Shown: positions 31,596 through 41,041 of the stretch, piece by piece
How the letters are laid out: every line of letters starts with the position of its first letter
Numbering within the stretch: position 1 is the stretch's first letter
DNA from: an uncultured delta proteobacterium
Lineage (GTDB): Bacteria; Myxococcota; Myxococcia; Myxococcales; Anaeromyxobacteraceae
Direction: 5' to 3'
Length of the DNA stretch: 64,000 nucleotides
Assembly (NCBI GenBank): GCA_963828255.1
Contig: CAWHDZ010000009.1
Coordinates: 1-64,000 of the forward strand
Made by a program: the position numbers and the translations under genes
Notes under the pieces: model-generated
Seen by the model: only the letters and a program-made list of their open reading frames with translations
Databases searched by the model: none
Told to the model about the DNA's origin: nothing

Positions 31596-33757
31596 TGGCC
31601 AACACCGAGCTGAAGACCCGGGTCAACGACGCGCTGGAGAACGGGTCCCTGGCCGGCGCGCTGGGGCGCTTCAACGAGGCCTACGTCGCCTCCCGCGCCC
31701 GGGCCTACGAGGGCATCGACTTCGAGGCCCTGCGCGACCAGCTGGTGGGCTTGAAGGGGCGGGCCGCAGCCCACCTCGACGAGCTGGCCGGGCAGTTCGA
31801 GGAGAAGGCCACCCAGGCCGGGGCCAAGGTCTTCCGGACCTCCGACCCAGCCGAGGCGAAGCAGTACCTGGCCCGGCTCTGCAAGGAGAACGGGGTCAAG
31901 CGCATCGCCAAGTCGAAATCGATGGCCACCGAGGAGATGCACCTCAACGCCTTCCTCGAGGAGCAGGGCATCGAGGTGGCGGAGACCGACCTGGGCGAGT
32001 GGATCGTCCAGCTGGCCGGCCAGCGCCCCTCGCACATGGTGATGCCCGCCATCCACATGTCGAAGGAGCAGGTGGCCGGGATCTTCTCGAAGGAGGTCAA
32101 GGAGGAGCTCGCGGCGGACATCCCGGCGCTGGTGGCCGTGGCCCGGCGTGAGCTTCGGCAGAAGTTCCTGGCCGCCGACATGGGCATCACCGGCGCCAAC
32201 GTGGCCGTGGCCGAGACCGGAACCCTGGTGGTCGTCACCAACGAGGGCAACGCGCGCCTGGTCTCCACCCTGCCCCGGATCCAGGTGGCGGTGGTGGGCG
32301 TCGAGAAGCTCGTGGAGCGGTTCGCCGACGTGGGGCCAATCCTGAAGGCGCTGCCCCGCAGCGCCACCGGACAGCTCCTCACCAGCTACGTCTCCATGTT
32401 CACCGGGCCGTCCCCCGGGGCCGACGGGCAGCCGAAGGAGTTGCACATCATCCTGGTCGACCACCGGCGCACCGACATGGCGCGCGACCCGCGCTTCGCC
32501 CAGGCGCTCCGCTGCATCCGCTGCGCCTCCTGCGTCAACGTCTGCCCGGTCTACCGGCTGCTCGGCGGCCACGTCTTCGGCGGCGTCTACACCGGCGGCA
32601 TCGGCGCCATCCTGGCGACCTGGTTCGAGGCGCTCAAGTCCTCGAAGGACATCCAGTCGCTCTGCATCCAGTGCGGCGCCTGCGTCCCGGTCTGCCCCAC
32701 CCGCATCGACATCCCGGAGATGATCGTCGAGCTGCGGCGGAGGCTCGCCAAGGAGGAGGGACACCCCTTCGTCCAGAAGGCCGCGCTGCGCGTGGTGAAC
32801 GACCGGCGGATCTTCCACGGCCTGCTGCGCGCCGCATCGAAGGCCCAGAAGCCCTTCGCGAAGAAGGGCATGATCCGCCACCTCCCCTTCTTCTTCTCCG
32901 GGATGACCGAGCACCGATCGCTCCCCGCCATCGCCGACGTGCCCTTCCGCGACCGCTTCGAGAAGATCGCCCAGCCCGCCGGAGCGAAGGACAGGGCGGC
33001 CTTCTACGCCGGCTGCCTGGTGGACTTCGCCTACCCCGGCGTCGGCGAGTCGGTGGTGAAGGTGCTGAACACGGCCGGCGTCGAGGTGACCTTCCCGCAG
33101 GCCCAGACCTGCTGCGGAGCCCCGGCCCGCTACGCCGGCGCCTTCGACGTGGCCGCGCGCAACGCCATGGACAACATCCAGGCCCTCGAGGACCCGGACG
33201 TGCGCTGGGTCGTGTCGGCCTGCCCGACCTGCACGGTCGCGCTTCGCCACGAGTTCGTCGCCACCCTGGAGGCCGAGGGGCACGCCGGCTGGGCGGAGCG
33301 GGCCGAGGCGCTCGCCGCCAAGGTCCGCGACTTCTCCTCGCTGGTGAAGGAGCTCGCCGACGCGGGGCGCCTCACCGTGGAGGCCGCCAGTGGGCTCGAG
33401 GCGGTCACCTACCACGACTCCTGCCACCTGAAGCGGAAGCTCAACGCCCACGAGCCGCCGCGCCAGCTCCTTGGCGCCGCCGGCTTCGAGGTGAAGGAGA
33501 TGAAGGACAGCGACTCCTGCTGCGGCATGGGCGGGAGCTACTCCCTCAAGTTCCCCGAGATCTCCGCGCCCATCCTGGCCCGCAAGCTGGAAAACATCGG
33601 CGCCACAGGGGTGGAAACGGTGGCCATGGACTGCCCGGGCTGCATGCTCCAGATCGGGGGCGGGCTCGACCTGGCCGGCTCCACCGCCCGGACCCGCCAC
33701 GTCGCCGATCTCATCGCCGACAAGGTGCGGCCGGCGCAGCCCGCCGGCGGGAAGTAG
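31595..33757 (+). CDS. Fused LutB-LutA L-lactate dehydrogenase large subunit (LdhH/LldH-like)
   Basis: KSKSM..EE, ETDLGEWI.QL, CIRCASCVNVCP, CIQCGAC..VCP, two CCG domains. Confidence 0.9.
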   Translation: MANTELKTRVNDALENGSLAGALGRFNEAYVASRARAYEGIDFEALRDQLVGLKGRAAAHLDELAGQFEEKATQAGAKVFRTSDPAEAKQYLARLCKENGVKRIAKSKSMATEEMHLNAFLEEQGIEVAETDLGEWIVQLAGQRPSHMVMPAIHMSKEQVAGIFSKEVKEELAADIPALVAVARRELRQKFLAADMGITGANVAVAETGTLVVVTNEGNARLVSTLPRIQVAVVGVEKLVERFADVGPILKALPRSATGQLLTSYVSMFTGPSPGADGQPKELHIILVDHRRTDMARDPRFAQALRCIRCASCVNVCPVYRLLGGHVFGGVYTGGIGAILATWFEALKSSKDIQSLCIQCGACVPVCPTRIDIPEMIVELRRRLAKEEGHPFVQKAALRVVNDRRIFHGLLRAASKAQKPFAKKGMIRHLPFFFSGMTEHRSLPAIADVPFRDRFEKIAQPAGAKDRAAFYAGCLVDFAYPGVGESVVKVLNTAGVEVTFPQAQTCCGAPARYAGAFDVAARNAMDNIQALEDPDVRWVVSACPTCTVALRHEFVATLEAEGHAGWAERAEALAAKVRDFSSLVKELADAGRLTVEAASGLEAVTYHDSCHLKRKLNAHEPPRQLLGAAGFEVKEMKDSDSCCGMGGSYSLKFPEISAPILARKLENIGATGVETVAMDCPGCMLQIGGGLDLAGSTARTRHVADLIADKVRPAQPAGGK

Positions 33758-33848
33758 CCGGTTGCGCCCCCGGGCGCGCCTGCACTACCATCCGCGCCCA
33801 CGCCTCACGGGCAGGAAGCCCCGGCGGGCCCGAGAAAGAAGGCATTCG

Positions 33849-34481
33849 ATGAGGTCGCTCGTCCGCACCGCGGCGTCCGCGGTCGCACTGCTGGTCCTGT
33901 CGTCGTGCACCGGGACCAAGATGGTCCAGACCTGGCGCGACCCCAAGTACCAGGCGCAGCCGGTCAAGCGCGTCTTCATCGCCTGCATCATGCCCAGCGA
34001 CGCAGCCCGGGTGACCTTCGAGAACACCCTGGCCCAGGCGCTGCTCGACAGGGGGTTCCTCTCCGCCACCTCGACCGGGGTCTTCGAGTACGGCACGGTG
34101 AACAAGGAGATGGCGGTCAAGTTCGTCCGGGAGAACAAGGTGGACCTGGTCATCGTGCAGCGCATGACCAAGGAGACGGAGGTGGCCTACATGCCGGGCA
34201 CCCTGGACTCGAACGTGCCGAACTCTCCCTTCTGGGGCAGCTCCGGCACCTGGTACGGCGCCTACGGCTACGGCGGAACGTCCTACACGCCGGGGTACAT
34301 GGAGGAGGACACGCGCGTGAGGACCGAGACGACCGTCTTCTCCACCGCCACCGATCCGGAGAAGCTGGTGTGGAGCGGCGCCTCCACCACCATCAACGTG
34401 CAGAGCGCGGGGAGCGCGGCGAGGTCTCTCTCCGAGGCGCTGGTGTCCGACCTGGTCGAGGCCGGGATCCTGGTGAAGTAG
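33849..34481 (+). CDS. Hypothetical lipoprotein
   Basis: Lipobox VLSSC; Tyr/Gly-rich loop; KLVWSG.S ending. Confidence 0.75.
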   Translation: MRSLVRTAASAVALLVLSSCTGTKMVQTWRDPKYQAQPVKRVFIACIMPSDAARVTFENTLAQALLDRGFLSATSTGVFEYGTVNKEMAVKFVRENKVDLVIVQRMTKETEVAYMPGTLDSNVPNSPFWGSSGTWYGAYGYGGTSYTPGYMEEDTRVRTETTVFSTATDPEKLVWSGASTTINVQSAGSAARSLSEALVSDLVEAGILVK

Positions 34482-34567
34482 CCCGAGGTGGGCAGGCGAG
34501 GCTGCTGCAAGAGATGTTTGACGCGGGCCGGAGGAGCGGACCGGGCTCGGACTGTTAACATCCTCTC

Positions 34568-35218
34568 ATGGCCACGACCGAAGCGTTTCCCCTCGGTGAG
34601 CGGGCCATCCTGGAGTGGACGCAGGGGTGGCCGCGGAGCCTCGTGGTCGGTCTCGGGCTCCTGGCAACGGCCGCCGTCGGGCTGGCGGACTACGGCGTCG
34701 CCCGGGTGTTCGGTTACGACTTCGTCGCCACCGGCTTCTACCTGGTACCCATCGGCTTCGTCGCCTTCGTCGCGGGCACGCGCTGCGGACTGCTCGTCGC
34801 CGTGGCCGCCGCCCTCGCGCAGGGCGCCATCCGCCGGTTCGTCTTCCGGGAGCGTCGGCTCTCGCGGCACGACTCCGTCACCGGCGTCGGCAACGCGCTC
34901 GGCTTCCGCGAGGCCGCGGGGTGGGAGATTGCCCGGGGGCGGCGCTGGCCCGGAGTGGTGGCCCGCGTCCACCTCAACGTCACGAGGGACCTGGCGGAGG
35001 CCGGCTTCCCGGTGACTGCGAGCGTCGGAGCCACGACCTTCCCCACGGCTCCGGAGACGGTGGACGAGATGATCGGGGCGGCGGACGGCGCCATGTACGC
35101 GGTGAAGCACGGCTCCAAGAACGGGGTCCACCACTTCATGGCGAGCGGGCAGCTCCCGCCGGTCCGCGACGTCACCCGCCGTGTCGCCGCTGGAGTAGAC
35201 TCCCCCCTGCCCTCATGA
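34568..35218 (+). pseudogene. Membrane diguanylate-cyclase remnant lacking the GGDEF core
   Basis: R.D.VTG.GN...F start and VTASVG...ADGAMY.VK..KN end are present; the central catalytic part is absent. Confidence 0.7.
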
Positions 35219-35225
35219 GGAACCG

Positions 35226-36146
35226 TCAGGCTTTCGCCGTCCTGCTCAACTCCCCGCCCATCTCGAAGTTCGCCAGCCTCTCCAGCGCCCGGACCATCGA
35301 CGAGTGGTCCTGCCCCTTCCCCCCGTGGGCGGCGCAGGAGTTGAAGAGCTCCTGCGCGGTCGCCGTGTTGGGGAGGGACAGGCCGAGGGCGCGGGCTCCC
35401 TGGAGCGCCAGGTTCAGGTCCTTCTGGTGCAGCTCGACGCGGAAGCCCGGGTCGAAGGTGCGCTTGATCATCCGCTCCCCGTGAACCTCGAGGATGCGCG
35501 ACGATGCGAAGCCGCCCAGCAGCGCCTGGCGAACCCGGGCCGGGTCGGCCCCGGCGCGCGCAGCGAAGAGCAGCCCCTCGGCCACCGCCTCGATGGTGAG
35601 CGCGACGATGATCTGGTTCGCCACCTTGGCGGTCTGCCCGTCGCCCACGCCGCCCACGCGGGTGATGTTCTTGCCCATCAGCTCGAGGAGCGGCTTCATC
35701 CGCTCGAACACCGCCTCGTCGCCGCCGACCATGATCGACAGCGTGGCGTTCTTCGCTCCGAGCTGGCCACCGGACACCGGGGCGTCGAGGTAGGTGCAGC
35801 CCAGCTCGCCCATCTTCCTGGCGAAGACCTTGGTCTCGATGGGGGAGATGCTGCTCATGTCCACGACCGTCTTGCCCGCGACGGCGCCCGCGGCCACCCC
35901 GTTCTCGCCGAAGAGCACCTCGGCCACGTCCGGCGTGTCGGGGACCATGACGATGACGACGTCGGCGTGCGACGCGACCTCCTTGCCGCTCGCGCACACC
36001 GTGGCGCCGGCCTGGACGAGCTCGGGGGGGATGGGGGACCGGGAGTGGACGAAGAGCCGGTGGCCGGCCCTGGCCAGGTGGCCGGCCATGGGCGCGCCCA
36101 TGATGCCGAGGCCGATGAATCCGATGTCGAGAGGGGAAGCGGTCAT
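35226..36146 (-). CDS. glxR: 2-hydroxy-3-oxopropionate (tartronate semialdehyde) reductase
   Basis: GFIGLGIMG.PMA, MVPDTPDV, DAPVSGG, GQTAKVANQIIVAL. Confidence 0.92.
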   Translation of the reverse strand: MTASPLDIGFIGLGIMGAPMAGHLARAGHRLFVHSRSPIPPELVQAGATVCASGKEVASHADVVIVMVPDTPDVAEVLFGENGVAAGAVAGKTVVDMSSISPIETKVFARKMGELGCTYLDAPVSGGQLGAKNATLSIMVGGDEAVFERMKPLLELMGKNITRVGGVGDGQTAKVANQIIVALTIEAVAEGLLFAARAGADPARVRQALLGGFASSRILEVHGERMIKRTFDPGFRVELHQKDLNLALQGARALGLSLPNTATAQELFNSCAAHGGKGQDHSSMVRALERLANFEMGGELSRTAKA

Positions 36147-36931
36147 GGCGTGCTCCTCGTCAGTCGTTCGCGCCAGCCCAGGCCGGCCTCGGTCGTGGTC
36201 GAAGGCTTGTACTCGCAGCCGATCCAGCCCGCGTACCCGATGCGGTCGAGGTGCGCGAAGAGGAAGCGGTATTCGATCTCCCCGGTCCCCGGCTCGTTGC
36301 GCCCCGGGTTGTCGGCGATCTGCACGTGGGCGATGCGCGGCAGGTGCTTCTGGAGGGTGGCGGCGAGCTCTCCCTCCATTCGCTGTGCGTGATAGACGTC
36401 GTACTGGAGGAAGGCGTTTCCGGAGCCGACCTCGTCCAGGATCGAGAGCGCCTGGGCGGTGCGGCAGAGGTAGAACCCCGGGATGTCGAAGGTGTTGATG
36501 GGCTCCACGAGCAGCCGGATCCCGGCACGCTCCAGGGCCGCCGCCGCGTACCCCAGGTTCTCCACGAAGGTCCGCCGCAGCCGCGCGTCGTCCACTCCCG
36601 CCGGGGCCTTGCCCGCCAGGCAGTTCACCTGCTTCACGCCCAGCGCACCGGCGTAGGCGATGGCGCGGGCCACCCCGTCCCGGAACTCGGCGACCCGGTC
36701 CGGGTGGCAGGCGATCCCGCGCTCGCCGGCATCCCAGTTCCCGGCCGGCAGGTTGTGCAGGACGAGCTGGAGCCGGTTTCCGGCCAGCCGGCTCCGGATC
36801 TCCTCGGGCGCGTTGCCGTACGGGAAGAGGAACTCGACCGCCTCGAACCCGGCCAGGGCGGCGCGCTCGAAGCGCTCCAGGAACGGGACCTCGTTGAACG
36901 TCATGGTCAGGTTGGCTGCGAATCGCGGCAT
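36143..36931 (-). CDS. hyi: Hydroxypyruvate isomerase
   Basis: MPRFAANL, VEFLFPY, EPIN.FDIPGF, QYD.YH.Q, IADNPGR.EPGTGEI, GCEYKP. Confidence 0.93.
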   Translation of the reverse strand: MPRFAANLTMTFNEVPFLERFERAALAGFEAVEFLFPYGNAPEEIRSRLAGNRLQLVLHNLPAGNWDAGERGIACHPDRVAEFRDGVARAIAYAGALGVKQVNCLAGKAPAGVDDARLRRTFVENLGYAAAALERAGIRLLVEPINTFDIPGFYLCRTAQALSILDEVGSGNAFLQYDVYHAQRMEGELAATLQKHLPRIAHVQIADNPGRNEPGTGEIEYRFLFAHLDRIGYAGWIGCEYKPSTTTEAGLGWRERLTRSTP

Positions 36932-36986
36932 TTCCGGATATTGCCCGTCCCGCCCACCGTTGGCCACAGGTAGGATGCGGGGCGCC

Positions 36987-38834
36987 ATGGACGACCCGAA
37001 GCCCCCGACGGTGGACCCCGAGACCCGCTGGCTCGAGGAGACCTACCAGCCGGACACGCCGCAGCTCACGGTCCGGGCCGTCGTGGTCGGCATGCTCATC
37101 GGAGCGGTGATGTGCCTGTCGAACCTCTACGTCTTCTTCAAGACGGGCTGGTCGATGGGCGTGACCATCACGGCGGCCATCCTGGCCTTCGCGCTCTTCC
37201 GCGGGCTCCAGGCCACCGGGCTCGTGCGAAAGCCGCTCACCGCCCTCGAGAACAACGCCCTCACCACCGTCAGCTCGGGCGCCGGCTACATGACCGGCGG
37301 TGGCAACATGGCGGCCTTCGGCGCGCTCATGATGGTCACCACCGTGCGGCCGGACTGGCTGCCCATGATCGGCTGGTTCGGCGCCATCGCCGCGCTGGGG
37401 GTGTTCACCGCCATCCCCATCAAGCGCCAGCTCATCAACCGCGAGGGGCTGGCATTCCCCACCGGCACGGCCACCGCCGAGACCCTGCGGGCCATCCACG
37501 GCGCCCCGGACGCGCGCGCCGGCGAGGGCTCCCGGCAGGCCACCGCACTCGGAGTGGCTGCGCTGGCCGCGGCGGTGATGACCTGGCTGCGCTCCGGCCG
37601 GGTCTCCTGGATGCCCTGGAACCTCCCCGAGTCGTTCGCCGTGCCGCTCACGCTGGCGGGCCGGGCCCTCAAGGACTGGACGTTCGTCGTGAAGACCGAG
37701 GTTGTGCTGGTGGGCGCCGGCGCGCTGGTGAGCTTCCGCACCGGCTGGTCGATGCTCCTCGGCGGCGTGCTCACCTACGCCGTGCTCGCGCCGGCGCTCG
37801 TCGAGCGCGGGGTCATCACGGTGGTCAGCTACAAGAACATCGTGGGGTGGACCGTCTGGCCGGGCGCGGCCATCCTGGTGGGCGCCGGGCTGACCTCGTT
37901 CGCGCTCGACTGGCGCAGCGTGGGCCGCTCCCTCTCCGGCCTGACGCGCATCTTCTCGCGGGGGCGCGGCGCCACGGGCCAGGCGGATCCCATCGACGCC
38001 GTGGAGTGCCCGGGCTGGTGGTTCCCGGCCGGCTTCGTGGTGCTCGGGCCGGTGGTGGTGTTGCTCATGACCTGGCTCTTCCAGATCCCCTGGTGGGCGG
38101 GGGTCATCGCGGTGCCGCTGGCGGTGGTGATGGGGTTCGTCGCGGCGCGCGTCACCGGCGAGACCGACGTGACGCCGACCAAGGCCCTCGGACCGGTGAC
38201 CCAGCTCATCTACGGGGTGATCACGCCCGGGAACCTCTCCGGCAACATCATGAGTGCCAACGTGACCGGCGGCATCGGCCTGCACGCCGCGGATCTCCTC
38301 ACCACGCTGAAGACCGGCTGGCTGCTCGGCGCGAGCCCCCGGGTGCAGTTCCACGCCCAGCTCTTCGGGGTCCTGGCGGGCGCGGCCATCGTGGTGCCGG
38401 CCTACTTCCTCATCATCGGACAGGACCCCGGAGCGCTCGGCTCGGAGGAGTGGCCCGCGCCGTCCTGCCTGGTCTGGGCCGGCGTCTCGCAGGCCTTCGC
38501 GGGGGGCGTGGGAGGCCTGGGAACGCTGGCGCGCTCCGCCATCGCCGCCGGACTGCTCCTCGGGATCGGGCTGGCGCTGCTCGAGAAGCTCGCCCCGAAG
38601 CCTGTGCGGCACCTCGTGCCGTCACCCTCCGGCCTGGGCATCGCCATGGTGATCCCGGGGAGCAATGCGGTGGCCATGTTCCTCGGCGCCTTCCTGGCCT
38701 GGGCGTGGCGCCGCTTCCGCCAGGCCTCGGCCGATCGCTACGTCACCCCCATCGCGTCGGGGCTCATCGCCGGCGAGAGCCTCATGGGGGTGGTGGTCGC
38801 CCTCCTCGTTGCGTTCAAGGTGATCCAGAGGTAG
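36987..38834 (+). CDS. OPT-family oligopeptide/metal-chelate transporter
   Basis: QLTVRA, NLY...KTGW, LENN, L.FPTGTATAE, GETD.TP, ASGLIAGESL. Confidence 0.9.
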   Translation: MDDPKPPTVDPETRWLEETYQPDTPQLTVRAVVVGMLIGAVMCLSNLYVFFKTGWSMGVTITAAILAFALFRGLQATGLVRKPLTALENNALTTVSSGAGYMTGGGNMAAFGALMMVTTVRPDWLPMIGWFGAIAALGVFTAIPIKRQLINREGLAFPTGTATAETLRAIHGAPDARAGEGSRQATALGVAALAAAVMTWLRSGRVSWMPWNLPESFAVPLTLAGRALKDWTFVVKTEVVLVGAGALVSFRTGWSMLLGGVLTYAVLAPALVERGVITVVSYKNIVGWTVWPGAAILVGAGLTSFALDWRSVGRSLSGLTRIFSRGRGATGQADPIDAVECPGWWFPAGFVVLGPVVVLLMTWLFQIPWWAGVIAVPLAVVMGFVAARVTGETDVTPTKALGPVTQLIYGVITPGNLSGNIMSANVTGGIGLHAADLLTTLKTGWLLGASPRVQFHAQLFGVLAGAAIVVPAYFLIIGQDPGALGSEEWPAPSCLVWAGVSQAFAGGVGGLGTLARSAIAAGLLLGIGLALLEKLAPKPVRHLVPSPSGLGIAMVIPGSNAVAMFLGAFLAWAWRRFRQASADRYVTPIASGLIAGESLMGVVVALLVAFKVIQR

Positions 38835-38846
38835 ATGGGGGAACCC

Positions 38847-39608
38847 ATGAAGACCCTCACCGAGCTCAGTGGATCCCTGATTCGAACGGCGGCCGCCGCG
38901 GTCGCCGAGGCGCGGCGCTCCCTCCCGAGGGAGGAGACGCCGGTGACCGTCGCGGTCGTGGTGGAGAAGGAGCCTCCCTCGGAGGCTCCGGCAGAGGCCG
39001 AGGCCGCTCCGGTCGAGCAGGCCGAGCCCGCCGCCGACGAGGCAGGGCCCTCCGCGGAGGCGACCGAGACCGCAGAGGCCGCGGAGCCCGCCGCCGAGGC
39101 CGCGCCCTCCCCGACCCCTGCGCCCGCGGCGAAGCTCGATCCCGATGCGGAGAGCGAGACCGTGAAGGCCATCCTCGACGACGCCGTCGCCAAGGCCACC
39201 GGCTGCTCCGGCGACCGGCTCGGGATGCTCCGCGCCGCGGTCAAGGCCGTGGGACGCCGCACCGGCGACGTCCGCCTGGTCCGCGTCTTCGGCGTGGAGG
39301 AGCAGCTCCGCGGGGCCCAGGTGATCGGCGAGCACCAGTACGTGGTGGACTTCCTGCCCTCGAACATGAAGCAGGTCGCCGACGCCCACAAGGACGAGAA
39401 GGGGCGCGGCAAGGGCCGGGGTGGAGGGCGCGGTGGTGGAGGTGGCGGCGGCGACCGCGGCGCCAAGGGGAGCACGACCGGCGGATTCTCGATGGACTCG
39501 CTGAAGGACGACCGCAAGAACGAGCGGGGCGGACGCGGCGGTGGTGGCGGTGGTCCCCGCAAGCCGGGCGGACCGGGCCGGCCCGGTGGCGGACAGCCGG
39601 CGCGGTGA
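38847..39608 (+). CDS. Hypothetical protein with acidic Ala/Pro/Glu linker and RGG-rich tail
   Basis: MKTLTELSG...DVRLVRVF...GRGGGRGGGGGGGDRG; strong coding bias. Confidence 0.8.
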   Translation: MKTLTELSGSLIRTAAAAVAEARRSLPREETPVTVAVVVEKEPPSEAPAEAEAAPVEQAEPAADEAGPSAEATETAEAAEPAAEAAPSPTPAPAAKLDPDAESETVKAILDDAVAKATGCSGDRLGMLRAAVKAVGRRTGDVRLVRVFGVEEQLRGAQVIGEHQYVVDFLPSNMKQVADAHKDEKGRGKGRGGGRGGGGGGGDRGAKGSTTGGFSMDSLKDDRKNERGGRGGGGGGPRKPGGPGRPGGGQPAR

Positions 39609-40204
39609 GCCCGCTCGTCCTGCACGTCTCCGGATTCGGCTGAGGACCGGTCACGGGTCTCGGCTGAGGCACCGTTCTCGCGCCCGTGCTGGCGCTGCTC
39701 GATGCGATCCCCGGTGTCTGCGCGGCCCGCGTGGAGTCGTCCGGACGCTTCTTCTGGATCGAGCTCGCCGATGGCGCCGATCCGCCACGGGTGACCGAGC
39801 TCGCGACTGGCCTGCTTGGACGGGGAGCGCGCGCCCTTCCGGCCGCCGATGCGGAAGCCCAGCTGGAACGGCGACCCCGCGGCGACCCCTGGCTCGGGGC
39901 GGACGAGGTGATGACGCTGTCGTTCGTCGAGGCGCGCCTTCTCTCCGTGCGCCTCGCGGGCGCGCTGTCGCGCCGGGCCGGCGCCACCCCGGAGGAGCAG
40001 GAGGAGATCTCCGAGGCCATCCGGATCGAGCTCTCCTCCGCCATGGAGCGCGTCCACGGCGAGGGGGGGCGGAGCAGCAGCGGCTGGATCTACCTGGAGT
40101 GGCCGGCCATCGCGGAGGCCGCGGTGGCGCGTTGCGCGGGAGCCCTCCCGGACGAGCGACGTCGTCGATTCGCCGAGCTCCTGCCGGGGCTCCTGGCGCG
40201 CTGA
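39605..40204 (+). CDS. Candidate selenoprotein with two in-frame UGA codons (U-x7-U) and an HMA-like N-terminus
   Basis: GTG at 39605 overlaps the upstream stop; TGA at 39641 and 39665 are in frame with ORF 39686..40204; SECIS-like hairpins follow both. Confidence 0.72.
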
Positions 40205-40240
40205 GGTGTCACATCTGCCTCGCGAGACGGTCTTGAGGAT

Positions 40241-41041
40241 GTGGAACGCCTTCGCCTCGCCATCGCCGTCGCGACGCTGATCGGGGTCTTCCCGTCCGCC
40301 ACGCGCGCCGACGAGGCCGTCGATCCGTGGGAGGCCGGCGAGGCCAGGCTCTTCCTGTCCGGACGGGCGGACGTCGGGACCTTCCAGCACGTGGGGATCG
40401 CCGCCGGCTACGGGAAGCCGCACTGGATGTGGGCGGGGGTCGAGGCCCGTGCCGCGCTCGGGCTCGACTTCGGGATGGTCGCCGCGAACCTGCGCGTCGC
40501 CTTGCTCCTCGGCGACGTGTGGGCCGGCCTGCGGGCCACCCGCACCTGGCAGCACGTGCCCATGCCCCCTTCCCTGGCCCTCGAGGACGTCGCGGAAGCC
40601 GGGGGGTTCACCTACCGCACGGCCGACCTCTTCACGTCGGGCTCCATTCCCACGCCCGGAGGGCTCGTCCTCTGGGAGGTGAACTTCGTCCGCTTCCTCG
40701 ACGCCCCCGCCATGGCCATCTACGAGGAGTGGCTCAAGGTGGTCTGCATGCCACCGTGGTGCGGCGTGGCGCGCCTGGGGTGGGTGGCCCGGCTGCGCGA
40801 CGGCGCGCTGAACGTGGGCGCCGGAGCCGAGTGGGCCTTCCTCGACGGGCGGGGCGGGCAGGAACTGGTGCGGGTCGGGCCGATGCTCAGCTGGCGCCCG
40901 TTCCCCCACCTCGTGGTGCAGGGATACGCCTACTTTCCGGTCTCGGACCCCGACCACCTGGGGTTCCTGGACCGCATCAGCGCCACGCTCGTGCTCACGT
41001 TCACCATCGCCACCGGCGGGGCGTCGCCGGTCTTTCCCTGA
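40241..41041 (+). CDS. Exported hypothetical protein, possible outer-membrane beta-barrel
   Basis: Signal peptide (ATRA-D) and alternating aromatic beta-strand-like segments. Confidence 0.7.
   Translation: MERLRLAIAVATLIGVFPSATRADEAVDPWEAGEARLFLSGRADVGTFQHVGIAAGYGKPHWMWAGVEARAALGLDFGMVAANLRVALLLGDVWAGLRATRTWQHVPMPPSLALEDVAEAGGFTYRTADLFTSGSIPTPGGLVLWEVNFVRFLDAPAMAIYEEWLKVVCMPPWCGVARLGWVARLRDGALNVGAGAEWAFLDGRGGQELVRVGPMLSWRPFPHLVVQGYAYFPVSDPDHLGFLDRISATLVLTFTIATGGASPVFP

Noticed and set aside
39641..39667. Genome-wide UGA reassignment as the explanation for the in-frame stops
   Set aside because: Many bona fide genes in the window terminate at TGA, so any readthrough must be site-specific.
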